Origin: an uncultured Alphaproteobacteria bacterium
GTDB lineage: Bacteria > Pseudomonadota > Alphaproteobacteria > Rickettsiales > UBA1997
Direction of reading: 5' to 3'
Length of the DNA stretch: 64,000 nt
Assembly (NCBI GenBank): GCA_949288805.1
Contig: CASELL010000001.1
Coordinates: 89,027-153,026, forward strand
Position numbers and translations under genes: made by a program
Shown here: positions 28,442 to 37,600 of the stretch, piece by piece
Layout: every line of letters starts with the position of its first letter
How positions within the stretch are numbered: the first letter of the stretch is position 1
Notes under the pieces: model-generated
Database searches by the model: none
The model's input: only the letters and a program-made list of their open reading frames with translations
Told to the model about the DNA's origin: nothing

Positions 28442-29326
28442 TCAAGAAAAATTAGTATATCTTGGATGTTTATCCTTATATATTGATAAAACTTTATTTA
28501 TATCTACATTAGTATATATTTGAGTAGTCTTTAAACTACTATGTCCTAACAATTCTTGTATTATTCTCAAATCTACACCATTCATTAATAAATCACTAGC
28601 AAAAGTATGTCTTAAAGAATGCGGAGTTATATTGTTTGGAAGGTTTAACCCTATTCTTATATTTTGTATCAACTTCTCAAAGGCTGTAGCAGAATATTTT
28701 TTACCTCTTTTGCTTAAAAATAAATAATTTTCAATATTGTAAGGGCAAGATGTTTTATATTTTTCAATTAAATCAACAACAAGTGGCAAAATATAAACAA
28801 TTCTTTCTTTATTACCTTTACCTAATATTTTTACTGTATCTTTTGTTATAAAATCATTTAATTTAATATTTAAACATTCATTAATTCTCAAACCACAACC
28901 ATATAATAACAAAAAAATGGCCACATCTCTATCAATTTCCCATTCTTCATTATTAAAATCTTTGATACATTGTAGCATTTTATATAAATTATTATCACTT
29001 ATATTTCTTGGAAGACTTTTATTAAACTTTGGGCCTTTTATTTTAAAAACAATTTCATTAAATATAGAATATTTTTTTTCTAAAAATTTAAAAAAACTTT
29101 TTATAGATGATAAAGCTCTTGAATTAGTTCTGTTTGATAGCCCTGCCATGCTTCTATATGACAACCACGCTCTAAAATCATCATAATCTAGTTTATCTAA
29201 ATCTGTTTTATTTAATATATTTTTAATAAAATAAAAAAAATTATCAATATCATTCTTATATGCTAAAATTGTTTTTTTTGAATAATTTTTTTCATATAAA
29301 AGATATTGATAAAAATTTTTATCCAT
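28442..29326 (-). CDS. Tyrosine recombinase XerC/XerD type
   Basis: N-terminal SAM-like domain (RALSSIKSFFKFL). Catalytic region GLRINECLNI...HSLRHTFASDLLMNGVDLRIIQELLGHSSLKTTQIYTNV. 294 aa. Confidence 0.85.
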   Translation of the reverse strand: MDKNFYQYLLYEKNYSKKTILAYKNDIDNFFYFIKNILNKTDLDKLDYDDFRAWLSYRSMAGLSNRTNSRALSSIKSFFKFLEKKYSIFNEIVFKIKGPKFNKSLPRNISDNNLYKMLQCIKDFNNEEWEIDRDVAIFLLLYGCGLRINECLNIKLNDFITKDTVKILGKGNKERIVYILPLVVDLIEKYKTSCPYNIENYLFLSKRGKKYSATAFEKLIQNIRIGLNLPNNITPHSLRHTFASDLLMNGVDLRIIQELLGHSSLKTTQIYTNVDINKVLSIYKDKHPRYTNFS

Positions 29327-31365
29327 TATTTAAAAATTCTTTTAATTTTATCAAAAAAGCCTTTCTTTTTCCTTGATACAACATTATTTTTTCTATTATT
29401 ACTATATCTTCTATTATTATTTTTGTTTTGATTATTAGCTTTTTCATAATAACAATTATCAGCAAAAGAAACATTCAATTCATTATTATATAAATCACAA
29501 TCATCAAATAATTCATTTACTTTACCTATATGTTGAATTGGACATAAATCTTCTTTTTCTTCATTAGTTAAAGAATCTCTTTTTGTTATATCAAATTCAT
29601 TATTAAACTTATTTTCATCAATAGAAAATATTACATGTATATCATAACTTTTTTCTATATCAATAATTTCCTGTCTCTTATAATTAAATATAAAATTAAT
29701 CATATTAGAATTTGTTATAACATTAACAACTTTTACAAATTTTTCCTTTGTAGCATATTTTATTGCTCTTAAAATAGCATTTGCTGTAATATATCTAGAT
29801 TTAACAGTTCCTCTACCTTCACAATGTGGGCATTTTTCACTAACTTTCTCTCCAAAACTAGCATTTAATCTTTGTCTTGACATTTCTAAAAGTCCAAACA
29901 TTGATATTCTATCAATTTGTATTTTTGCTTTATCAATAGAAGTTTCATCTCTCATCAATCTTTCAATAGCTCTTCTATTTCTATTTTCAAACATATCAAT
30001 AAAATCTATTACTATAAGTCCACCAATATCTCTTAATCTCAATTGTCTAGCAATTTCTTTTCCTGCTTCAATATTTGTACTTAAAGCCATTTCCTCAACG
30101 GATTTTTCTTTCGTAGCTTTTCCAGAGTTAACATCTATTGTAACAAGAGCTTCAGTTTGATCTATTACTATTGAACCACCAGAAGGTAATTCAACTCTAT
30201 TACTATAAAGCTGTGCTATTTGATCTTCTACTTTATATTTATAAAATAATGGTATTTTATCAGTATGCTCTTTTATAATAGCTTTTTGTTCGGGCATTAT
30301 TAAATTAACTAATGTTTTTACTGTTTTAAAAGCATTACCACCCTCAACAACTATTTCTTTAACTTTATCATTGCATAAATCTCTAACAGCTCTCTTTAAA
30401 ATATCATCTTCAGAATGTATAAAAGTAGGAGCAATAGATTCCAAAGCTGTTTGTTTAATAGCTCCCCATAATCTCAATAAATAAACATAGTCTCTTAATA
30501 TTTCTTCTGGCTTTCTACCAACACCTGCTGTTCTAATAATTACAGATTTAGTATTATCAGGATTTAAAGTGTTTAGTATATTTTTTAAAATCTTTCTATC
30601 TCTTAAATTAGTAATTTTTTTAGATATACCACCTTTACCTTCTACATTAGCCATTAAAACAGAATACTTACCAGCTATTGATAGATAAGTAGTTAAAGCA
30701 ACCCCTTTATTACCTCTTTCTTCTTTTAAGACTTGAACTAATAAGTATTGACCTTCTTTTAAAACATCTTCTATTTTGTATTTTCTAAAATCATTATATT
30801 TTATATCATTTTTTTCTTCTTCATCCTCTTTTTCTTCCACAATATTTTCTTCAATATTTGCTTCTTCTAATATATCAATATTGTCATTATTATTGTCAAC
30901 TATTTCTAATGATAAATCCTGTTCTACAATAGGTTCATTATTTTCATTTAAAACAGGCTCGTTATTTTCATCAAGTTTTACAAGATTTTCAACTTCAAAA
31001 TCTTCAGCAGTAGCTTCAACTGCTTCTTCGTCATCATCTAGATCTAAAGTATATTTTTTATCCTCTATATTAAGAAATTTTACAGCGGTTAAATCAGTTT
31101 TTCTTTCTTCTGGAATATTATAATAATCTGGGTGAATATCAGACATAGGAAGAAATCCATGTCTATCTCCACCATAATTTATAAAAGCAGATTGTAAAGA
31201 GGGTTCAATTCTAATTATTTTAGCAAGATATATATTACCTTTTAATTGTTTTATAGAACTAATTTCTCTATCGATACTACTTAAAACATTATTATCATCC
31301 AAAAGAGCAACTCTCGTTTCTTCTGGAAAAACTGCATCAATTAATAATTTATTTGTCATAATCAC
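29326..31365 (-). CDS. rne: Ribonuclease E/G family endoribonuclease (RNase E-like) with acidic insertion after the S1 region
   Basis: S1 region GNIYLAKIIRIEPSLQSAFINYGGDRHGFL. Catalytic core VIDQTEALVTIDVNSGK, GGLIVIDFIDM and the CPHCEGRG zinc link. D/E/N-rich insert at about residues 100-190. Confidence 0.85.
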   Translation of the reverse strand: MIMTNKLLIDAVFPEETRVALLDDNNVLSSIDREISSIKQLKGNIYLAKIIRIEPSLQSAFINYGGDRHGFLPMSDIHPDYYNIPEERKTDLTAVKFLNIEDKKYTLDLDDDEEAVEATAEDFEVENLVKLDENNEPVLNENNEPIVEQDLSLEIVDNNNDNIDILEEANIEENIVEEKEDEEEKNDIKYNDFRKYKIEDVLKEGQYLLVQVLKEERGNKGVALTTYLSIAGKYSVLMANVEGKGGISKKITNLRDRKILKNILNTLNPDNTKSVIIRTAGVGRKPEEILRDYVYLLRLWGAIKQTALESIAPTFIHSEDDILKRAVRDLCNDKVKEIVVEGGNAFKTVKTLVNLIMPEQKAIIKEHTDKIPLFYKYKVEDQIAQLYSNRVELPSGGSIVIDQTEALVTIDVNSGKATKEKSVEEMALSTNIEAGKEIARQLRLRDIGGLIVIDFIDMFENRNRRAIERLMRDETSIDKAKIQIDRISMFGLLEMSRQRLNASFGEKVSEKCPHCEGRGTVKSRYITANAILRAIKYATKEKFVKVVNVITNSNMINFIFNYKRQEIIDIEKSYDIHVIFSIDENKFNNEFDITKRDSLTNEEKEDLCPIQHIGKVNELFDDCDLYNNELNVSFADNCYYEKANNQNKNNNRRYSNNRKNNVVSRKKKGFFDKIKRIFK

Positions 31366-31467
31366 CTTTTTTATTTTTAAATATTTAAAAAATTATTGAA
31401 AATTTTTTATAAAAATATAACTTATTAATTAAAGTATATTTTTATTAATTTAAAAAACAATAAAAAC

Positions 31468-32634
31468 TTGATAAAAAATAAGATAAAAATTTTATTAGAA
31501 AACTGGTTCTTAACAATAGATAAAACAATATTATTGATTTATTTTGTTTTTTTATTTTTAAGTTCAATTTTTATATTTACATCCAGCTCTTCTGTTGCAA
31601 CAAGAATAAATATGGGTGAATTTTATTTTTTTAAACATCAAATATTTTTTATAGGAATATCCTCTTCTATTTTTCTTTTTTTAACTTTTTTAGACGAAAA
31701 AACATTTAAAAAAACTACAAAAATATTTTTTTTAATATCTTTTTTTCTATTAATATTGGTTCCATTTTTGGGTTTTCAAGCAAAAGGAGCTAAAAGATGG
31801 TTATATATTTTTGGTTTTTCAATACAACCGACAGAAATATTAAAACCAGCTTTAATTGTTTTAAACGCTTATCTTCTAGAAAAATTTAATAATACAAAAA
31901 ATATTAAATTTTTTTTAATTACTATATTTATATATTTATTTTGTGTTTTTCTAATATATAAACAGCCAGATATAGGAACATTAGTTTTAATAACGCTGGT
32001 TTTTTTTGCTCAAATGTTTTTATTAAATTTTATAAAAATAAAAGATTCTATTTTTATTATTTTATTTATAATGCTTTTATTTTTTATATCATATCTAACT
32101 TTACCACATGTAAATAATAGAATAAACAATTTTATATTAAGTCTAAAAGATCCATCTAATGTAAATTATCAAGTAAAAACATCTATTAGTAGTTATAAAC
32201 ATAGTGGTTTTTTAGGGCAGGGTTTTCTAGAAGGAGAAGTTAAAAATTATATTCCAGACGCCCATACAGATTTTATTTTTCCAGCAATAACAGAAGAATT
32301 TGGTTTTCTAATATCTTTTTTAATAATAACTTTATATTTTTATTTATTTTTTAGAATTATATTAAAAGCTAATATGGACAAAGAAAATCTGTTTAGACTG
32401 CTATCTCTTTATGGGCTATCTTTTCTTATATTATTTCAAGCTACAATAAATATAGGAGTTTCTTTAAATATTTTACCAACAAAAGGAATGACTCTTCCAT
32501 TATTAAGTTATGGTGGTTCATCACTATTAGGAACATCTATAAATATAGCAATAATAATAATACTGACTAAAAAAACTTTCAACACAACAATGAATGCTGA
32601 AAGTTCCCTAGATATAACCTCTTTTAAAAGCTAA
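31468..32634 (+). CDS. SEDS-family (FtsW/RodA/SpoVE) peptidoglycan glycosyltransferase
   Basis: About 10 TM helices. Motifs IQPTEILKP, PDAHTDFIFPAITEEFG and TKGMTLPLLSYGGSS. TTG start. Confidence 0.85.
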   Translation: MIKNKIKILLENWFLTIDKTILLIYFVFLFLSSIFIFTSSSSVATRINMGEFYFFKHQIFFIGISSSIFLFLTFLDEKTFKKTTKIFFLISFFLLILVPFLGFQAKGAKRWLYIFGFSIQPTEILKPALIVLNAYLLEKFNNTKNIKFFLITIFIYLFCVFLIYKQPDIGTLVLITLVFFAQMFLLNFIKIKDSIFIILFIMLLFFISYLTLPHVNNRINNFILSLKDPSNVNYQVKTSISSYKHSGFLGQGFLEGEVKNYIPDAHTDFIFPAITEEFGFLISFLIITLYFYLFFRIILKANMDKENLFRLLSLYGLSFLILFQATINIGVSLNILPTKGMTLPLLSYGGSSLLGTSINIAIIIILTKKTFNTTMNAESSLDITSFKS

Positions 32635-34205
32635 TTTTTAAGACTGCTCAATTTATTATAATAATATTTTATATAATGGTGATCATACTTATAAATATTT
32701 TTAGCAATGTAAAGAGCTTGTTCGGCATAAAAAACAGCTAATTCACTATTATTATTGTTTTTATAATAGTCTGACATATAACCATAAAGTGTAGCCAAAG
32801 AAGAATAATTATATTGATTATCTTTTTCTGCTTGTATATAAATTTTTTCGGCATCTTTTTTCTTACCCATTCTCTCTTCTATTAAACCCTTAATAACATT
32901 ATTACAACAACCTCTATTAATACCATAAAAATCATACATTTCATCTAGATCTATTAAGCTTTTTAAAGCATCTGGTTTCATTCTATAAGACTTAATGGCA
33001 GATATTTTTTCTAATAAAGATGTCTTTAATAATATGTTTTTATCAATCATATTCATTGCTTTTGTGTAATATTCTATAGCTAAATCCTCATCTCTTATAT
33101 AAGAAACAAAACTCAACATATCGGCAAGATGAATATAAGATTCAAAATCGTTATTGTTTTCTACTAATTTTTTAGCAATATTACAAGCAGTTTTTGCTTT
33201 TTCGTTTTCGTTTAAATACTCATAATTTAAACACATTAAATAGTATGTTTTTGAACACAGTAGATTATTTTTTAAAATCTTAGCCTTTTTTGAAGCTGTT
33301 TTAGCAAACTTTAATCCATTGTAATAATTTCCATATGAATAATAAGCACTAGAAAGCTTTAATAATAAAGAAATATTTTCTTCTCTAGATATTTTTCTGT
33401 TGTTTAAACTTAAAGCATATTTATAATAATCTATAGCCTCAACAATATTTCCCCTAATTAACATTATATCACCCATTTTAATTAGAACATGATATTTTTC
33501 TTCATCTATATTTTTAATATCAAGATTTATTAAAGCGTTGGCATAATTTGATAAAGAGTTATAATAATCTCTTAAATCAAAATATAAATCACCCAATTCA
33601 GAGTATAATACATTCAATTCTCCTCTTAAATTGTTGTTATTTAATATTGAAGATAAACTTAATAATACATTTATTGATTCTTTGTACTTACAGTTTTTTT
33701 TGTATAGTTTAGCCAAATGAAAATAGGCTTTATAATTAAATTTATTATTTTCTATTGATATTTTGTAAAACTTTTCTGCATTATTATCATTAAAAGTCAT
33801 ATCGTTTATTAAAGCCTGTAATAAAAATCTATTAGATAAAGATGTATTGTTTAGTTTTGTCAAAGTAATGTTATCCAATTTTACCAATAATTCATATATC
33901 TTTCCATTTTTTAACAAAGAAAAAAGCTCATTTTTAAACTTATTATTTATAAAACCATTTCTTTCTAAATCAAGAACAATATCAATAAAATCATTATATA
34001 AACTATTATAGTATTTTATAGTTTCTATTTCTCCTAAACATGAATTATTAAAATCTCTATTTTTTACTAAGAATTCCTTATATTTTATATTTGTTATAAC
34101 TGGTTTTTTACTATATATTGTTTTATAGTCTTTACTAAATATTATCAATAATATTAAAAATAAAAATATTGGTGTTATTATAAATATTTTCTTCTTTTTA
34201 TTCAT
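32631..34205 (-). CDS. TPR-repeat protein with N-terminal membrane anchor
   Basis: Repeated 34-aa-type units (for example YNGLKFAKTASKKAKILKNNL, AIEYYTKAMNM, AVFYAEQALYIAKN). Its 3' end overlaps the SEDS gene by 4 nt (convergent). Confidence 0.65.
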   Translation of the reverse strand: MNKKKKIFIITPIFLFLILLIIFSKDYKTIYSKKPVITNIKYKEFLVKNRDFNNSCLGEIETIKYYNSLYNDFIDIVLDLERNGFINNKFKNELFSLLKNGKIYELLVKLDNITLTKLNNTSLSNRFLLQALINDMTFNDNNAEKFYKISIENNKFNYKAYFHLAKLYKKNCKYKESINVLLSLSSILNNNNLRGELNVLYSELGDLYFDLRDYYNSLSNYANALINLDIKNIDEEKYHVLIKMGDIMLIRGNIVEAIDYYKYALSLNNRKISREENISLLLKLSSAYYSYGNYYNGLKFAKTASKKAKILKNNLLCSKTYYLMCLNYEYLNENEKAKTACNIAKKLVENNNDFESYIHLADMLSFVSYIRDEDLAIEYYTKAMNMIDKNILLKTSLLEKISAIKSYRMKPDALKSLIDLDEMYDFYGINRGCCNNVIKGLIEERMGKKKDAEKIYIQAEKDNQYNYSSLATLYGYMSDYYKNNNNSELAVFYAEQALYIAKNIYKYDHHYIKYYYNKLSSLKN

Positions 34206-34390
34206 ATATAAAAATATTATTGTTTTTTTTTCATTTTATAATAACTTTTTAAAAAAACAAATAAAAAATTCTTGCTTTTTTTTAAAAAATAATTAGAAAA
34301 TATAAAATATTTAACAAAATAAACAAAAGTTCAAAAATATTTTTTATTAAAAAAATATTTAAAATAGTATAAAATTATATATAAAATAAC

Positions 34391-34418
34391 TTGACTTTTA
34401 AAAAAAATTATTTATACT
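34391..34418 (+). promoter_or_regulatory. Near-consensus sigma70 promoter of the initiator tRNA
   Basis: TTGACT (34391-34396), 16-nt spacer, TATACT (34413-34418). The tRNA 5' end at 34427 is 9 nt downstream. Confidence 0.5.
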
Positions 34419-34426
34419 ATAAGAAG

Positions 34427-34503
34427 CGCGGAGTAGAGCAGCTTGGTAGCTTGTCAGGCTCATAACCTGAAGGTCGATGGTTCAAATCCATCCTCCGCAA
34501 CCA
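34427..34503 (+). tRNA. Initiator tRNA-Met (anticodon CAU), CCA encoded
   Basis: CGCGGAG TA GAGC AGCTTGGTA GCTT G TCAGG CTCATAA CCTGA AGGTC GATGG TTCAAAT CCATC CTCCGCA ACCA. The C1xA72 mismatch and A11:U24 are initiator identity features. Confidence 0.9.
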
Positions 34504-34591
34504 AACAATCTAATTTTTATCGATTTAAATCAATTAAAATAAAAACTAACCATTTGTGTGTGTATGTAAATTTTTTTTATTATTTTATAAT

Positions 34592-34641
34592 AAAAAAAAT
34601 TTGTCTGTTATATACAATATTTAAACAACATTGTATATAAC
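34592..34641 (-). terminator. Intrinsic terminator candidate downstream of the T4SS operon
   Basis: Perfect 12-bp stem gttatatacaat/attgtatataac (34607-34618 and 34630-34641) with an 11-nt loop. On the minus strand a T8 run follows after 7 nt (plus-strand A-run 34592-34599). Lies 20 nt past the virB6-like stop. Confidence 0.5.
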
Positions 34642-34660
34642 AAACTATATATAACAAAGA

Positions 34661-37600
34661 TTAACTGTTTTTTGACTCAGCACCATCAAGTTCTTCTAGT
34701 TCTTTTTCTCTTTCTTTTATTTTTCTATCAGTTTCTTCTTGTTTTTTTCTTTCTTCTGCTGCTTCTTCAATTTTTGATTTCTTCGGTGCTTTTTGAATTT
34801 CTTCATAACTTTCGTTTTGAATAATATCTTTAATAGTTTTTATCTTTTTCAAATCAGACTTTAATTCTTTCATGTCAAAATAAGCATCAACAATTTCATT
34901 TTTCTTTTTATCTATCATAGCCTCAATAGCATCTAATTTTGTTTTATTTAATAATCCATATTTACTCTCTTCTAGTGAATTTATTTCATTTTCTAATCTA
35001 GATATCTTTTTTGATAATGTTTCTATTTTTGATAACCTTTCTTTCTCAGATGGATAGTTAAAAGTAATAGAAACTCTATCAGCTACTAATTTAATTTTTG
35101 ACATTGTTCGTCCCAATAGAGAATGGTGTCCAGCAGTATATTCAGACAATGTTAAAAGTCCTTTTCTGATACCATTAGCAACATAAGAATTACTAATCTT
35201 ATCTCCCAAAATATTAAGTCCGTTTTTAATACTTATAGAATCAACCACAGATAACGCTTTAAGTCTTTCTGTATCAATCTTTGATAAATCTTTTTTATCT
35301 TTTTCTATTTTTTTAGACATTTCAGATATATTTGAGTCTAATTCCATAATAGTATTATTATTTTGCTCTTTATTTTCTTTCAAGGAATTAATTTCACTTA
35401 ATAATCTTGTTTGGTCTTCCTTAGATGCTGATAATAATTCTTTATTTTTTTGCCTAATTTTTTTGTCTATTTCTAAATTATCATTTATTAAAGATCCTTT
35501 TTTAGTTAAAAATCCAAGCTGTGCTAATTTATCATTTTCATAATCTGTTCTAGCTTTATTATATGTTCTTGACATTTTATCATAGTATGTATTAACTGCT
35601 CCCTTAGCAATATTATCTACAGTTGAACCAAGAGCATAAGCTGAACCTTGAACATATGTGCTTCTAAATTCTTCTAATTTTTTACCAGTATCCATAGCTT
35701 TATTTAAAGTACCATATGTATCTAATGCTCCGTTAGCTCCACCAATTCCAGTCATTTTGGAAGAACCGGTCATCATATCACTAAATATTTTAGAAACAAG
35801 GTTCTCTAATTCACTTAAGAATGTATCGGCTAATTTAAAGAATAAAAATGCTATAAGTACATTAAATAAAAATGTTGTTATATAACCATCAAATAATTTA
35901 AGTAAAGTTTCAAACATTTCAAAAATATTTCTATTTACCAAACAAAAGAAAGAGAATGAATTTTGATCACAAATAACATTTGGATCTCTTCCATATTCAC
36001 TATGTTTTGTAAAAGTAATTCCATCCATTAATAATATATCCATAATATTTATATATAAAGTCAAAAAGGCTATATTAAACATTGGTTTAAATATTAAACC
36101 AACAATTTCCTTAAACCATGAATCAAATATACTTTTTGTTTTGTTGAAAAACATCAATGGTAAAATTATTGGTGATATAAATATTAAAATAGATAAAATA
36201 AAAAAAGATGAAACAAAAGTATAAGCTGCTTTTATAACAAAATTAAACATTATAAATATAAAAGCTAATATTAAACCAGAAAGAACACTACCGACAGTAG
36301 ATACAACCTTATTAAATCCAGGAACATTTGGAAAGAAATATTGTGGAACTAAAAATAAAACACTATATAAAACCAAATTTGGTGCTATATTTTGGACAGA
36401 ATATCCTAAATACCTAGTTATTTTACAATCTATAGTATCAAAAAATGCTAAATATGTTTTTCCAGTTTTATATTCAGATGTATCAAAATAACAACCATCA
36501 TATTCACTATTCCAAGCGGCAGAATTAGCTAAACTATCTCCCCAAGAACTTCCTGTTTTATATTTAATTTTTATCTTTGAACCATAATTGGTATCATTAT
36601 ATTTGTCAATAACATAAAGTAATTGCTGTATCTCTTGATTTTTCGATATTATTAAATTATTTTCTAACTGTTCTGGGAAATTTTTATTTGTTTTAATATA
36701 TATCTCTGGACTATTTGTTTTAGATTTAAAACCGCCAGATCCACAGCCACCATCTTCAATGTTTCTAATTTTGTATTCTGCATTGTTATATAAATTATAC
36801 TTATAACATAAATAGACATTTTTCTCTTCTTTCGTAATATTGTCTTCTTCAACTAATTTTATAACAGCATTAGAATTAAGATTTAAAACTTGATTTTTTG
36901 GAGAATTAATAACTCCAATAAATAAAGAATTAACAAAATCATAACCGGCTGTAGCAAAATTAAGTATATAATTATAAATACCCTTCTGCCAACCGTTATT
37001 AAATATTAAGAAAGATACTATTGAAAACTTAAATATAAATAACATTAAAGCATTTCCACTTTCTCCTTTGACTATAGAGTCCATCTTACCTGAAAATAAA
37101 GCAGAATAAGCAAATAAAACTAAGAATATAGTTAAAGCTATTTTAATTATATCTTTAAAATTATTTTGTATTTTTAAGAATGGATTAAATTTTTCTGGTA
37201 ATCTTTCTCCTTTTATTATGTAAGATACAGAACCATCAGCATTTACTATAGAATTATATTTTGATTCAAAAAACGCCATATTTCCATTTTTTAAATTTTC
37301 TTTTACAATTTCTTCTGTATCTGAACCACAATATCCGTAACTGTTAAGTTCTGAATTTTTACAGGAACTCATACCAGAAATACCGTTAATTAAATTATTT
37401 AAACTTTCATATACACACTCCACAACTGGAACAGACAATTGTCTTAAAATTGTTCCATCTGAACTTCTTTGTATATTTCTAGAGTTTGTACTTGAAGAGT
37501 TACATGAAGAGTCTAAAAAGGTTGATGTAATAATGTCACTTGTATCTCTAACTTCTTCTTTTTCAACTTCAACACAATGAGCTCTATATTGACAAAAATT

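Noticed and set aside
28337-29326. tRNA-Gln next to a tyrosine recombinase as a possible integrase/att site of a genomic island covering 22.1-28.3 kb
   Set aside because: The recombinase has XerC/XerD length and motifs. It sits on the 5' side of the tRNA rather than at its 3' end. I found no direct repeat of the tRNA 3' end in the window. Housekeeping Xer is the simpler reading.
30795-31065. D/E/N-rich block with a short tandem duplication (ENNEPVLNENNEPIVE) inside rne, considered as a foreign insertion
   Set aside because: Acidic insertions at this position after the S1 region are, to my knowledge, typical of alphaproteobacterial RNase E. The reading frame is continuous.
34443-34640. 65-aa ORF in the track
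   Set aside because: Its first 60 nt are the initiator tRNA-Met gene itself and the rest is AT-rich spacer, so it is a by-product of the tRNA sequence.
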